A stretch of 54,923 nt of DNA from the IMG/VR virus record IMGVR_UViG_3300046171_000008, positions 1 to 54,923 of that record; one strand, 5' to 3'. Below, piece by piece: positions 37,172 through 47,440 of the stretch (positions within the stretch are counted from its first letter, which is position 1; each line of letters begins with the position of its first letter). The notes beneath the pieces are model-generated. The model worked only from the letters and a program-made list of their open reading frames with translations, was not told where the DNA came from and did not search any database. Source of the stretch: a virus. Lineage: Duplodnaviria; Caudoviricetes. A program made the translations under genes and the position numbers.

Positions 37172-37358
37172 CTGTCAACTCCTTTCCTTCCGTATGCCAA
37201 TCATACTCTTCATTGTGTTTGTCTACTGCTTTTGTGATTAATGATAATAAGCCTTCATTAATTAGTGCCTTTCTCGATTCATCATCACAATCAAACACAA
37301 CAGTAGCTGAACCATTTTCATGTTCTACTACTTTTTGTACTTCAATTTTTCCTACCAT
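37143..37358 (-). CDS. Hypothetical protein
   Basis: MVGKIEV...EHENGSAT; AGGAG RBS. Confidence 0.55.
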   Translation of the reverse strand: MVGKIEVQKVVEHENGSATVVFDCDDESRKALINEGLLSLITKAVDKHNEEYDWHTEGKELTDERKNVRST

Positions 37359-37461
37359 TATCACTCCTTTTTCTAAACCTATGCTTGAAGAATACAATCA
37401 AATTGATTGTGGTGTTGACAGTGATAGCTAGTATCAGCCACCACTGCCACCATGTAGGCAT
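37342..37461 (-). CDS. 39-aa membrane peptide (absent from the ORF track)
   Basis: MPTWWQWWLILAITVNTTINLIVFFKHR...; AGGAG RBS. Confidence 0.5.
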   Translation of the reverse strand: MPTWWQWWLILAITVNTTINLIVFFKHRFRKRSDNGRKN

Positions 37462-37475
37462 GTCCACTCCTTCAA

Positions 37476-39446
37476 TCACGCTGCATTCAAGTCCACTACT
37501 TCACAGACACCAGCAGTACATGCCAACTCACGTCCACCTGAAGTATTATCTTCTTTCTCAAACTCCTGCAACTTAGACCAATTAACACTGCGAGGCATTT
37601 CTGCCATCATAGCATCATATTCATCTTCTGTGCAGTCCTGATATGGGGCTTGCTTATACACGTGATCGTCAAACGGCAGGAAGCTAATGCCTGACACTTC
37701 ATCAAAGTGTTTGTAAACCCAATCTCCTACTTCCATCCACTCATTCTCTTTTACAGAGACTGTTACAGATGGCTTATGCTCACACCAGTAACGCTGATAA
37801 GTAAGCCACAACTCAAGCTGTTCAATAGCCGACATGATTGTGCGTGTTACTGCCCCACGTGGTGCTGCCATTGGAAAGCTAAACACAGTAGTGCTGTGTG
37901 GCTTACCTACATCTGGCTCATTCGGTATACCTTCTGATATAAGGAACTGTGTAATGGGGTCTTTGTTATCACCACGTACAGTACGAATGTAGTGTGGGTT
38001 GTGCCTTGCATGGATGCCAGATGCACTGTCAACAAGCTGCGACACTGTGCCACTAGGCTTGACGCATGTGATAGCCGTTGACTGTGGAATACCAAGCTGT
38101 TCAGCCATAGCAGCGTTAGTCTCTACTGCTGTGTCACGCAATGTCTCCAGTGTCTGCCCAATGTTCTTGCCAAGATGGGCTGACGTACCACTGAGCAAGT
38201 CGTTGTCCATGATACCTGTCAGTGACACGCCCAGCAAACGCTCTTCCTCTGTGTTCTTCTGCCATACCTTACGCAGATATTTGAAGTCAGTCAGTGTTGA
38301 CTGGAATGTACCCAAGATTGTAGCCAAGCGTACCTTCTCACGCAATGTCTGTTGTGTGTCACTGGCACGTGCAACTACCTCTGACAAATTGCAGAACTGA
38401 TATGGGCGCAAGATAATTTCACTGCAAGGATTGCATCCGAAATCTTGTTCCGCATCACGCCTACCATTCTTAGCTGCTTGTACCTTTGCTGCTTGACGAT
38501 TGAAGATACCACGTTCACCAGAGTGTGATTCATATAGTGACAACCATTCCCGCATAAATGTACCCATCTCTGGTTTTACTTTATACGCTACAGAGTTATT
38601 AGCTAGTCCTCTTTGGCCTTCACGTTTAATACCCTTCTCAGGTTCATCCCACCATACACCTGACTTGGCATGTGCCATCTGGTCATCGTTCAAGTTGGAC
38701 AGGCTGATTAGTGCGCTACGGCGTACACCACCGACAACTACAACCTCACCAATCTTACACATGATATCGTGACACTCAATAGGATAAAGTCTGCGACCTG
38801 CTGCACCCTTAAACTTCTTAATGATAAAGTCAAAGAGTTCTTCCAAAGGTGCTGGGCCACTGGCACGACCACCAAATGTCTTTAGTCTTTCACCTGCAGG
38901 ACGCACCTCTGATACATCCCACTTTGGAATCTGACCTGCGTAAAGCAATGAGATAAGTTCACGCAGGGACTTTGCCCATCCGGGGCGGCTGTCACCTACT
39001 TTAATTACTGTATCTGTCTCATGCATATCTTCATTTACAATAGGCAACTTATCCACTACTTCACGCTCTACAGAGAAGCCTACACCCGTTCCACACATTA
39101 GAATGTACATAGTCTCATCAAATGCTCTAGGGCTGTCTACAGGCACGTAGGAACAGTTGTATGCACCCACGTGGCAGCGGTCTAGTGCTGGGCCAGATGT
39201 CATCAAGGCTCTCATGCTAGGCATGATATCTTGGTTCAGTACAGCATCCTCTAGTTCGCCACGCAGTTCATCTGACAGCACGTAATTGCATGTACTGTAC
39301 AAGTGGTTCTTCATATAGTCAAAGTAGCGTTCTACTGTTTCAACCCATGTCTCACGGCGTTGTTCATCTTCTTTCCATCGGGCATACCGTGATAGCGCGA
39401 TGAAGTTTTGGTAGTCTGTTGGTAGATAATTGTTCATATCTGTCAC
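37476..39446 (-). CDS. nrdJ: Ribonucleotide reductase class II (B12-dependent)
   Basis: PSMR, YNCS, GTGVG, GGVRRSA, NPCSEI, CNLSE, CVKPSGT, C-terminal CTAGVC; no beta-subunit gene in the genome. Confidence 0.92.
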   Translation of the reverse strand: MTDMNNYLPTDYQNFIALSRYARWKEDEQRRETWVETVERYFDYMKNHLYSTCNYVLSDELRGELEDAVLNQDIMPSMRALMTSGPALDRCHVGAYNCSYVPVDSPRAFDETMYILMCGTGVGFSVEREVVDKLPIVNEDMHETDTVIKVGDSRPGWAKSLRELISLLYAGQIPKWDVSEVRPAGERLKTFGGRASGPAPLEELFDFIIKKFKGAAGRRLYPIECHDIMCKIGEVVVVGGVRRSALISLSNLNDDQMAHAKSGVWWDEPEKGIKREGQRGLANNSVAYKVKPEMGTFMREWLSLYESHSGERGIFNRQAAKVQAAKNGRRDAEQDFGCNPCSEIILRPYQFCNLSEVVARASDTQQTLREKVRLATILGTFQSTLTDFKYLRKVWQKNTEEERLLGVSLTGIMDNDLLSGTSAHLGKNIGQTLETLRDTAVETNAAMAEQLGIPQSTAITCVKPSGTVSQLVDSASGIHARHNPHYIRTVRGDNKDPITQFLISEGIPNEPDVGKPHSTTVFSFPMAAPRGAVTRTIMSAIEQLELWLTYQRYWCEHKPSVTVSVKENEWMEVGDWVYKHFDEVSGISFLPFDDHVYKQAPYQDCTEDEYDAMMAEMPRSVNWSKLQEFEKEDNTSGGRELACTAGVCEVVDLNAA

Positions 39447-39601
39447 TCCGTTATTGTTCTCATTGTTCTAATGTCGGCACCGTTTACATCATAAAAGTAT
39501 TCACGTATGCCATCCTCTATCTCCTCCCCAACCTGCCCATCAGCGGGTACGGGGTATTCCTCCTCGTCAATATCCAATGTGATGAACATTTTAACTCTCA
39601 C
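39443..39601 (-). CDS. 52-aa hypothetical protein (absent from the ORF track)
   Basis: GTG-RVKMFITLDIDEEEYPVPADG...; overlaps both neighbours. Confidence 0.55.
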   Translation of the reverse strand: MRVKMFITLDIDEEEYPVPADGQVGEEIEDGIREYFYDVNGADIRTMRTITE

Positions 39602-39887
39602 CATTTGCCATTACCTCTTCAATCAACTTATCCAGATACCACTGGGCCTTCTTCAAATCCTCAAGCGGTTTATCTTTGTAGTCAAAACGCCACAGGTACT
39701 TGAGGATGTTTCCCTGTAGGTAGTACTTGAAGCCATCGTTAGTGGCTGCAGAGATAGCATGAATACACTCAATACCTGTTTGATTGTAGTGTGGTGGGCT
39801 GTTCACCATGTCCACATTGCCATAGGCTTCCTTGCCAGCTTTCTCCGCTTCTTCCATCATCTGTTTCATGTACGCCTCGTGTCTCAT
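39591..39887 (-). CDS. DUF3310 / T7 gp1.7-like nucleotide kinase
   Basis: VNSPPHY...IECI...GNILKYLWR...EDLKKAQWYL. Confidence 0.85.
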   Translation of the reverse strand: MRHEAYMKQMMEEAEKAGKEAYGNVDMVNSPPHYNQTGIECIHAISAATNDGFKYYLQGNILKYLWRFDYKDKPLEDLKKAQWYLDKLIEEVMANGES

Positions 39888-40252
39888 GCATTACCTCCTG
39901 TCTTAGTGTTGAAGTTGAGATGAACTACGTTACCGTCATACTCTTTCTCTACGCCCATCTCTTCCTCTAGTTCTACATCAACTTCCATCTCGTTGTCAAT
40001 AACACTTGTGACATATTCATGCACGACATTACGAATAGCTTCCTCTTGTTCCATGATAGGCACAGTAGCACACATCATCTTACAAAAGTGCATAACCTGA
40101 CTGTAGTCTTCATCATCCATTGGGTTCTTGGGAAATGCCATGATTGAGATATCAATCTCACCACTCCAATGCCCATCATCATCAGCAAAGGGTCTGACCC
40201 GAATAATAAAGTCCTCGTCATTTACATTGTTTATAAGTTCGTCTTTGGTCAT
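39884..40252 (-). CDS. Hypothetical protein
   Basis: 122-aa acidic ORF ending NVVHLNF; coupled to neighbours. Confidence 0.7.
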   Translation of the reverse strand: MTKDELINNVNDEDFIIRVRPFADDDGHWSGEIDISIMAFPKNPMDDEDYSQVMHFCKMMCATVPIMEQEEAIRNVVHEYVTSVIDNEMEVDVELEEEMGVEKEYDGNVVHLNFNTKTGGNA

Positions 40253-40710
40253 TTTCTAATTCTCCTTTTAACTGTTGAGTTTGGGTGGCTGATAAAGTTT
40301 GGGTGTTTGTCCTTACCTTTCTCTTTTAGCCAATCTTCTGGAATGATGCGGTCATAGTATCTAAAACCATTCTTGATGCACCAATCCCCATATGTTGTCT
40401 TTGCTCCTTTACGTATCTTGCTCTTGCTATTCTCAAACACAAACCGAATGTCAAGTTCTGGATGCTGCTTCTTAATCTGTAAGTGTTTACGCCTATCAGC
40501 AGCCATGAATCTACCTTTTACCTCAACTATGATACCGTTGTCAAGTATGTAGTCAGGAGTATAAGTGCGGTAGGCTAGGTCTTCCCATTCAATTTTGATG
40601 GCTTCATATCTAAACGATATTTTATCTGCCTTCAACTTCTCTGCGATGGTTAGTTCTAGCCCACTGCGATAACCATACTTACGTGCGGCTCTCCATGCTT
40701 TATGGTACAA
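40249..40710 (-). CDS. Endonuclease I (T7 gp3-like resolvase)
   Basis: YRSGLE, YTPDY, EVKGRF, DRRKHL, LDIRFVF. Confidence 0.92.
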   Translation of the reverse strand: MYHKAWRAARKYGYRSGLELTIAEKLKADKISFRYEAIKIEWEDLAYRTYTPDYILDNGIIVEVKGRFMAADRRKHLQIKKQHPELDIRFVFENSKSKIRKGAKTTYGDWCIKNGFRYYDRIIPEDWLKEKGKDKHPNFISHPNSTVKRRIRK

Positions 40711-41554
40711 CTACATCTCCAATATAGGCCACCATTGGTGGAACCTTGGCTTTCGACATAACTGATGGCTGTTCCTTTAAGTTATCCCAACAGTCAAATC
40801 TGTATGAGCAAAACTTGCAGCCACTGTTTAGTATCGTGTTGCCTGTCTCCTTACCTCTGAACTTTTCGGCTACAGGCTGAAAACACCGTTCAAACTTATT
40901 CTCCTTTACTGTGTCTACGGTTTTTTGTATCTTAGCTATTTCTTTATCCAAGTCAAGTCCTGCCGCTGGCACATACTTGAATTGACCGTTGGCTTTATTG
41001 ACTACCCACCAGCCACCTACATACTTACCAGATGCCTTAGCATAACCAGCTAGTTGCCCTACATAACCAAAGCCATCTCCATCAGCCAGCGTTTCATATG
41101 ATTCAAACTTGTTAGTATAGGACCAATTAGATGCTGACTTAACATCATCGACTGCACCATCAACAACAATATCATATGTTCCATTAACGGATGCACCATC
41201 CAGTTCAAGTGTGACATGTTCAGGTTCTTCATATTGTACTCCTGCTTCTCTCAACAGACCCTTGAATACTGCCTCAACAATATCGCCAAGCATCATGTTC
41301 ATTATGAATGTAGTCGGCATCGGCAATGCCGCCTCTGGCTTATTCTTTTCATACCAAAGTTGGCAAGTGGGGCGACCTACGTTTGACATCCGTAGTTTAA
41401 AGTCGCCCCGCTTTTTACCGCTGCCGAACTGCTTGTGCAGTGCTTCAGCAATGTCGGAAGAGACTTGTTCAATTGTCTCCTCAGACATCTCTGTTTTGCC
41501 TTTGACTGCATCCTCCATATATTGATGGAGTGCAAGTTCAGCACGGTGATGCAT
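40700..41554 (-). CDS. PD-(D/E)XK exonuclease (Cas4/RecB-like)
   Basis: RMSNVGRP.CQLW, GTYD...DVKS, Y..QL..Y, C..C..R..C. Confidence 0.8.
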   Translation of the reverse strand: MHHRAELALHQYMEDAVKGKTEMSEETIEQVSSDIAEALHKQFGSGKKRGDFKLRMSNVGRPTCQLWYEKNKPEAALPMPTTFIMNMMLGDIVEAVFKGLLREAGVQYEEPEHVTLELDGASVNGTYDIVVDGAVDDVKSASNWSYTNKFESYETLADGDGFGYVGQLAGYAKASGKYVGGWWVVNKANGQFKYVPAAGLDLDKEIAKIQKTVDTVKENKFERCFQPVAEKFRGKETGNTILNSGCKFCSYRFDCWDNLKEQPSVMSKAKVPPMVAYIGDVVVP

Positions 41555-42447
41555 TACGCTACCTCTTCATCAATTTCAATGTCAACCATGTCATCGACAA
41601 CATCAACATCGTCATCTTCCATTTTGGAGTTAGCCTTCTCTGCCCATGCATTGATAATGTAGTTGTTGTAGTTATCAATCCATGACATGAAGTCACCGAA
41701 CAATGCCTGATCCTGTTCAGTCAACTCAATGGTATTTGAGACATCCAGCGATGCCACAGGCACAAAGTAGGAGGCACCTGTTGGAATCTTACGCTCACTG
41801 GTGTTAGCAGTGATTATGTGCTGAATGGGCAAGCGTTGCATCTTTGCCAAAGTAGTGAAGCTGGAACCGATTTCCTTAAAGGCATCACGGTTATCAATCT
41901 CCCAGATGAACGGGGTAGGTGCTACTTCAACAGGCTCACCGTTCTCATTCGTTGGGTTAATCAACTCCACCTCACCAAAGACAACACGTACACGCTTGAT
42001 CTGCTTGAGCAGGTCTTGCTGTGACTGCGGGAGTGCTTTGAAGTCTTTGATGTATCCTGCGGGTTTACCACAGTTGAACCCACCGTCATTGTCCTTGAGG
42101 TCAATGTCCAGTGTGTCAGCCATCACGCTCTTCACGTAACGATTAGGGTTCTTTACATCACCCTGCACGAAACGCTTGTGCATGAAGCGTTGCATGAAAG
42201 GACGCATCTTGATAGCGGTAGCGTAATGTGTAGGTCCGTCAGGAATCTCTAGCTTATATGCGCCGCCTTCTACCACTTCTACGTTCACCTTCTTGCCGTT
42301 AACTTCAGCCGTACCCATGATGGGTGAATGGCTAATGCGTAGACGTGCAAGTGAACTAGAAGAAGATGAAGTCTTCTCATGTGCTATGCCCATAGCTTTC
42401 GCCATAGCGGCATAGTTGTTCGTATCTACTGTTGTCAATTGTGTCAT
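41554..42447 (-). CDS. Probable ssDNA-binding protein
   Basis: 297 aa between polymerase and exonuclease; acidic C-terminal tail. Confidence 0.5.
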   Translation of the reverse strand: MTQLTTVDTNNYAAMAKAMGIAHEKTSSSSSSLARLRISHSPIMGTAEVNGKKVNVEVVEGGAYKLEIPDGPTHYATAIKMRPFMQRFMHKRFVQGDVKNPNRYVKSVMADTLDIDLKDNDGGFNCGKPAGYIKDFKALPQSQQDLLKQIKRVRVVFGEVELINPTNENGEPVEVAPTPFIWEIDNRDAFKEIGSSFTTLAKMQRLPIQHIITANTSERKIPTGASYFVPVASLDVSNTIELTEQDQALFGDFMSWIDNYNNYIINAWAEKANSKMEDDDVDVVDDMVDIEIDEEVA

Positions 42448-42480
42448 ACATTTCTCCTTTCTTCAGAGTTTAGAACCGTA

Positions 42481-42509
42481 GTTATATCACGCTACGTCTT
42501 TAGTGTCAA
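42481..42509 (-). promoter_or_regulatory. Sigma70 promoter overlapping the polymerase 3' end
   Basis: Minus strand TTGACA-17 nt-TATAAC with extended -10 TG. Confidence 0.75.
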
Positions 42510-44526
42510 GCCAATTTGATCCTATTTTTGACTCAAGTAAGAGAGGAACATTGAAGTCAATGCCCCATCTCAATGTAATCAAATTAGGCAGTTCTTTGTT
42601 AGTCAAGTCAATTATATCTAGCACCTTCCTTTCTTCATCTGGGTGTACATCTATGACAATAGAATCATGTACTGTGTTTACTACACACGACTGCATGTTG
42701 TCAAGCAGGTTATCAATATGTAATAGGGCAATTGGTACAATATCAGCCGTAGCAAAAGACTGTACCGGGTAGTTTTTTATCTGTGTAAAGTATGAAACAC
42801 GGCCATTTGCTTTACGTACAACATCGGGGAATGAAAACTCACGTCCAGATGGGGTTACTATTTTCTGTGTTGTGATAGCTTCCGTAGCCAACTTGGAATG
42901 CCAAGTGGCAACCCCCGTGTACTTGTCGTTGAAGTGTTCGTAGTAGGCTGCTTCTGCTGCCGTCCTTCCGAACCCAGTGGCCCCGTAGAGTGGCGCAAAT
43001 GTATGCGCTTTTGCATCCTGTCTACTCGTAGGCTGACCAGCATTGGTAATAACTTCAGCGGTGTATGCATGTACATCAAATCCAGTAGAAACTTCTTCAA
43101 TTGCAACTCCATCCTGTGATAAGTATGCGGCAGCACGAAACTCTAGCTGTGCAAAGTCAGCCTCAAGTATCTTACCACCATCCCATCGTGACACAAATAC
43201 CTTCTTTACAGGAAACGTGCCGCCACGTGGCATGTTCTGCATATTTGGATTAGCACCAGACAGACGACCTGTCGCAGTGCGATGTTGTAGTAGGCTGACA
43301 TGCAGCATACCATCTTGCTTGGTGTAGTTCTTGATGCCATCAACAAACGATGACAGGTAAGTGTCAACAGCACTAAGCCGCTTAACCTTTGCCAAGAACT
43401 CAACTGCATCTTCCATACCTTTTGACTTAGCACCTGCCTCAAGCAATTGCAAGTTGTTCTTGCTGGTTGAGAAGCCATTAGCTGACGCCCACTTAGCAGA
43501 AGGTGGCTTGAACTTAAAGCCAGCCAGTTTGTCTGTTGGTACAAATAGGTAGCCTTCTGTATGGCACTCAGGGCATTTGCTAGGCTTAGAGAATGGCTCA
43601 CCGTTCTTCTTTATCTTGCGTATGTAACCACTACCATTACAGTGACTACACTGTACTGCGTTTGTTCTGTACAGGCGTTGGGTGCGGGTAGCTACCAGTT
43701 GTCTGAACTCTGTGTCGTCCATGTATGGATCAATCAATGTAGCCCAATCATTCTTGTCAATGACCTTGCGACCATATATAACCCAAGACAGTTGCTCTGG
43801 GCTGTTAAGATTAATTGGGGTATCACCCATAACCTTACGAACATGAACTTGTAAGTCGTCAATTAATTGACACTTCTCTTGTTCAAATTCTTGACGCACT
43901 TCCTCAAGCACACTCAAGTCAACCTTGAACCCACGTTGGTATATACGTGCCAGTGTGACACATACCTGATTGGTAAGCACCACAGTATCATTTAGGCTAG
44001 AACTGCCTGACTGTAGCTGGCGCATTAGCTTATCTGATAGCTGTTGCGTAGCATGTAGGTCAGCAGACAAGTATTCAGACAACTCAGCATGTGGTATGTC
44101 TCGTGTGCTGTAGCCCTTTTTGAAATACTCTTTCAGTGTGTCCTGCTTCTTGGTATCTAACTCGTACCGTTCTGCACAAGCCTCAAGTGACAGTGGTTGC
44201 TTCTGACCACGCTGTAGCACATACTCGCCCAGCATAGTATCAAAGACAGCACCATCATACTTGAAGCCAGACTCCCACAGCCACATCAAATCGTATGCGG
44301 CATTGTGTGCGATGATGATAGTAGCAGCATCTAAAAACTCTTGTACCAATACATGCCCACCTTCATCTGCATCCACCTCACTGTGGTCAAAGGTAACGAT
44401 ACGTTCAACGCCTTGATCTGTAAGCATACCAACCATAGTCAGTGAGTTATCTGGCTCAAATGGGTCTAGGTGTAACTTACCATTACGTTCTGTTGTTGTA
44501 TTCTCTACATCTAATGTTAGCTTCAT
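42487..44526 (-). CDS. polA: DNA polymerase family A with DnaJ-like zinc-finger insertion
   Basis: Exo DVE and HNAAYD; TGRLS, ADFAQLE, AKAHTF..LYG, NYPVQS, VHDS; CSHCNGSG...CPECHTEG insert. Confidence 0.95.
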   Translation of the reverse strand: MKLTLDVENTTTERNGKLHLDPFEPDNSLTMVGMLTDQGVERIVTFDHSEVDADEGGHVLVQEFLDAATIIIAHNAAYDLMWLWESGFKYDGAVFDTMLGEYVLQRGQKQPLSLEACAERYELDTKKQDTLKEYFKKGYSTRDIPHAELSEYLSADLHATQQLSDKLMRQLQSGSSSLNDTVVLTNQVCVTLARIYQRGFKVDLSVLEEVRQEFEQEKCQLIDDLQVHVRKVMGDTPINLNSPEQLSWVIYGRKVIDKNDWATLIDPYMDDTEFRQLVATRTQRLYRTNAVQCSHCNGSGYIRKIKKNGEPFSKPSKCPECHTEGYLFVPTDKLAGFKFKPPSAKWASANGFSTSKNNLQLLEAGAKSKGMEDAVEFLAKVKRLSAVDTYLSSFVDGIKNYTKQDGMLHVSLLQHRTATGRLSGANPNMQNMPRGGTFPVKKVFVSRWDGGKILEADFAQLEFRAAAYLSQDGVAIEEVSTGFDVHAYTAEVITNAGQPTSRQDAKAHTFAPLYGATGFGRTAAEAAYYEHFNDKYTGVATWHSKLATEAITTQKIVTPSGREFSFPDVVRKANGRVSYFTQIKNYPVQSFATADIVPIALLHIDNLLDNMQSCVVNTVHDSIVIDVHPDEERKVLDIIDLTNKELPNLITLRWGIDFNVPLLLESKIGSNWLDTKDVA

Positions 44527-45746
44527 GCTGTATACCTCGCTGTTTGATATTCCAACTGACAGTGTACACTACCATGCCACCCTGTCAACTTGTTTTTTAC
44601 AATGTTGAGATGGCGTTCAATATCTTCTTCATCCTGCCCCTGCACTGGTGGATTCTTTGCAATCAGCACCATAAGGTCAGCCTCTGCCGCCTTACCTGTG
44701 CGACTACCTTCCATCATACTCTGGTTCAGGACAATCTTACCTTCTGCCTCTGCCGACAACTGTGACATATAGAAGACAGCACACTCATGTTGCTTGGCAA
44801 TCATACGTGCGTGGATTGCATTGGCCTTTAACGCCTCGTCAGGACGTGCATAGCCGCCTGTCCTAGCAAACTTATCACCCATGTCCAGCAGAACTAAGTC
44901 AGGCTTGTACGCCTTGCAAATAGACTCTACCCACGCCATATCACGGCCTGTGGCATCCTTGATCTTGATGCGTTCCTTGACAGGTGCATACAAGTCACGT
45001 GCCTTGCTTGGGTTCTTCTTGATTTCCTGCATAGTCATACCAGTAGCGGCAGTCAGGTATCTAGCACCGACACGGTGATAGCCTTCCTCGTTACACAAGA
45101 TAATGCAGTTAGCACCCTGATGTGCAAAGCCGCCGGGCGATGCAATCAGTGAGGCATGAAATGATGTCTTACCTGTGTTGGGTCTAGCACCCACCTCAAT
45201 CAAGTGACCAGCGTTCACACCTTCCACCTTACGTGTCAGGCTGGGGATATTGAATGTCCATCGTGCCTCAAGGTCATTACGTGCAAGCAATGTCTCAAGT
45301 TCGATGTCATCCCACTCAACCTTGGCACTAGGTGTAAAGTCATCACCATACTGCTCAAGTATCTGACGCAGTGGGTCAAGGCTAGTCTGCATACCATCCA
45401 CGTAGTCACATCCTAGTGTGGCAATCTCTTCGCCAATGACCTTCTGGAACAGCTTGGATAGCACCTCTTGTGCTACGTCACTGCCCATCGGCTGTTCACG
45501 TTTGATGTTGTTGAACAGGGATGAATAGGCTTGCTTCTGTGCAGTAGTCAGCGTTGGATTGTTTGCCATGAACAACGCCTCAATTTCATCGGGTGTCACA
45601 GTACGTTCATATCGTTCCATAGCACTGTCGATAGACTGCTTTATTTTACGTACATCTTTACTGAACAAGCGGTCAGGACAACGTGCGCCACGATGCTCCT
45701 CGTAAAACTCCCTGTTCATTAGGCTTCTGATTAGTGATAATTCCAT
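44523..45746 (-). CDS. Replicative DNA helicase (DnaB/SF4-like)
   Basis: ARPNTGKT, NEE, LLD, SQL, EADL, KNK. Confidence 0.9.
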   Translation of the reverse strand: MELSLIRSLMNREFYEEHRGARCPDRLFSKDVRKIKQSIDSAMERYERTVTPDEIEALFMANNPTLTTAQKQAYSSLFNNIKREQPMGSDVAQEVLSKLFQKVIGEEIATLGCDYVDGMQTSLDPLRQILEQYGDDFTPSAKVEWDDIELETLLARNDLEARWTFNIPSLTRKVEGVNAGHLIEVGARPNTGKTSFHASLIASPGGFAHQGANCIILCNEEGYHRVGARYLTAATGMTMQEIKKNPSKARDLYAPVKERIKIKDATGRDMAWVESICKAYKPDLVLLDMGDKFARTGGYARPDEALKANAIHARMIAKQHECAVFYMSQLSAEAEGKIVLNQSMMEGSRTGKAAEADLMVLIAKNPPVQGQDEEDIERHLNIVKNKLTGWHGSVHCQLEYQTARYTA

Positions 45747-45750
45747 GTGG

Positions 45751-46538
45751 TTATTCTCCTATCTGTTTGTGGATAGCATCTAGCTTATCCATGTCTGTCG
45801 GGTTTCTGTATTTTATATCATCTTGCAACTTTAGCAACCGTACATTTTCTACGTAGCCTCTCAGTTCTTTTACCATCTGTATTGATTTTACTAGCGCATC
45901 GGGGTCTAGTGCAATCACTGCCGTTGAGAACTGTGCAAGATACCTTTTATGCGAATCTTGGAGAGATGTACCAAGAAGCGCAACCCCGACAAAGGAACCA
46001 TAACCAACAATGGCCGCACTCACACAGTCCTCAACAACTACGGCGACTTTACCACAACCTGACGTGTATGGCAAGCCACTTTTTCCATATCTTTTCCATT
46101 TAGGAATACGTTTACTCAATGTCCTGCCTGTTGCATCAACCAGCTTGCCATCATGTACGACAGGGAATACCACGCGGTCTTCCTTTACATCATACATCAG
46201 GGCATGTTCATCCTCATTGATACCCCACTCAGCGCACCACTTAACAACGGCACGTTTATTACGATGTGGGACTACGTATGCAGGTAACTCAAATGTATCC
46301 TCTGTTGTATCAGTAACAGGGTTAAGGCGTTTCTGTACGTCACTGATAGACAATGGCACACGAGTACCACCACTGACAGTACAACTCACCTTGTAGCAGT
46401 TCCATACAAGATTACCCATGTTGTTGGTCACGTAAATGTTTGTATCCCTTACAGACAGGACAGTTCATACGTTTAGTCTCACCATTGCACGTATAGTCAC
46501 TTACATATCACCTTTCATATGTTATATATATTATTCAT
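45751..46538 (-). CDS. DNA primase (zinc finger + TOPRIM); 5' part frameshifted in this sequence
   Basis: VVEDCVSA, ALLGT, ALDPDA, DDIK; upstream fragments MNNIYNI, NGETKRMNCPVCKG lie in other frames. Confidence 0.85.
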
Positions 46539-46569
46539 ATAATATCACTTTCCCTGCGGCAGTTAAGTG

Positions 46570-46599
46570 CTTATATCATCGTCTTTTACGTGCTGTCAA
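46570..46599 (-). promoter_or_regulatory. Sigma70-like promoter upstream of primase
   Basis: TTGACA-18 nt-TATAAG with extended TG. Confidence 0.55.
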
Positions 46600-47440
46600 G
46601 GCATTATTTGCACTGGCATATGTATTTTTCATGTAAGGCTTTACTGACTGTGGGTTAGCATGTCCTGTAACCGACATGATTTGTCCATATACCACACTCT
46701 GCATCGACCATCTCTGTCACCTGTGCGCCTAAGATCAGATCAGTCGTAGTTCATTAGGCAATCCAGCTTCATCCATCAGCTTACGGCATGTAAGGTAGTT
46801 TATACATCTGTATAGGGTCGTACTCACCCTGTATGGCTTGTGCGCGGTGCAACGTAGCTTTGAAAGCCAAAGTCTTGCTCTTGCTGTACTAGCATGTCGT
46901 ACAAGTCATCTTCAATAGGTAATTCTACCTGTGCATCTACGCTTAGATTGCTACATAGTACACGCTTCTTTTCAAAGTCAATAGCATCCCATGTCAACAG
47001 CGCATGTCACCTACTCGCTGGCACCATTCGTATGCCATGTGTAGCAATCAGACCAATGTTACGGTGCTAAAATCACTGTAGGCAGCGTCTAGGAGCTTCT
47101 TGACATCTCCCTCGCCACACAACCTTACGTGGCTGGTGGCGTCTTACGCACCGCTGCGAAGGGATTACATAAGCAGTGTTCCATGCGTAGCGCATAGTTA
47201 TATAGATATTCTAGCTAGCCAGACATGGATTGGCAGTGAATACCACGATCACACCACTGTCATACGCAGCTTAGCTTGCTTGGTGGACAGCTTCGTGCAA
47301 TCCACCTCCCAATGCTACACCATCAACAGTGTGTAGCCAGTAGCACCAAGGCAGTATTGATAATCGTTCTTAGTTTCTTCGCGTAACATCTTGTAATCAT
47401 GGGACAAATAATATTCATCCGCTACTTGATACAGCTTCAT
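46576..47440 (-). pseudogene. int: Tyrosine integrase, multiply frameshifted (absent from the ORF track)
   Basis: Fragments MKLYQVADEYYLSHDY, AYEWCQRVGDMR, QSKR, SDLRRTG, QIMSVTGHANPQSVKPY supply the R-K-(D)xxR-H-Y catalytic set across several frames. Confidence 0.85.

Noticed and set aside
42448-42480. Possible attP with a tRNA T-loop-like GGTTCTAAAC downstream of polA
   Set aside because: Match too short and imperfect without a host genome to compare.
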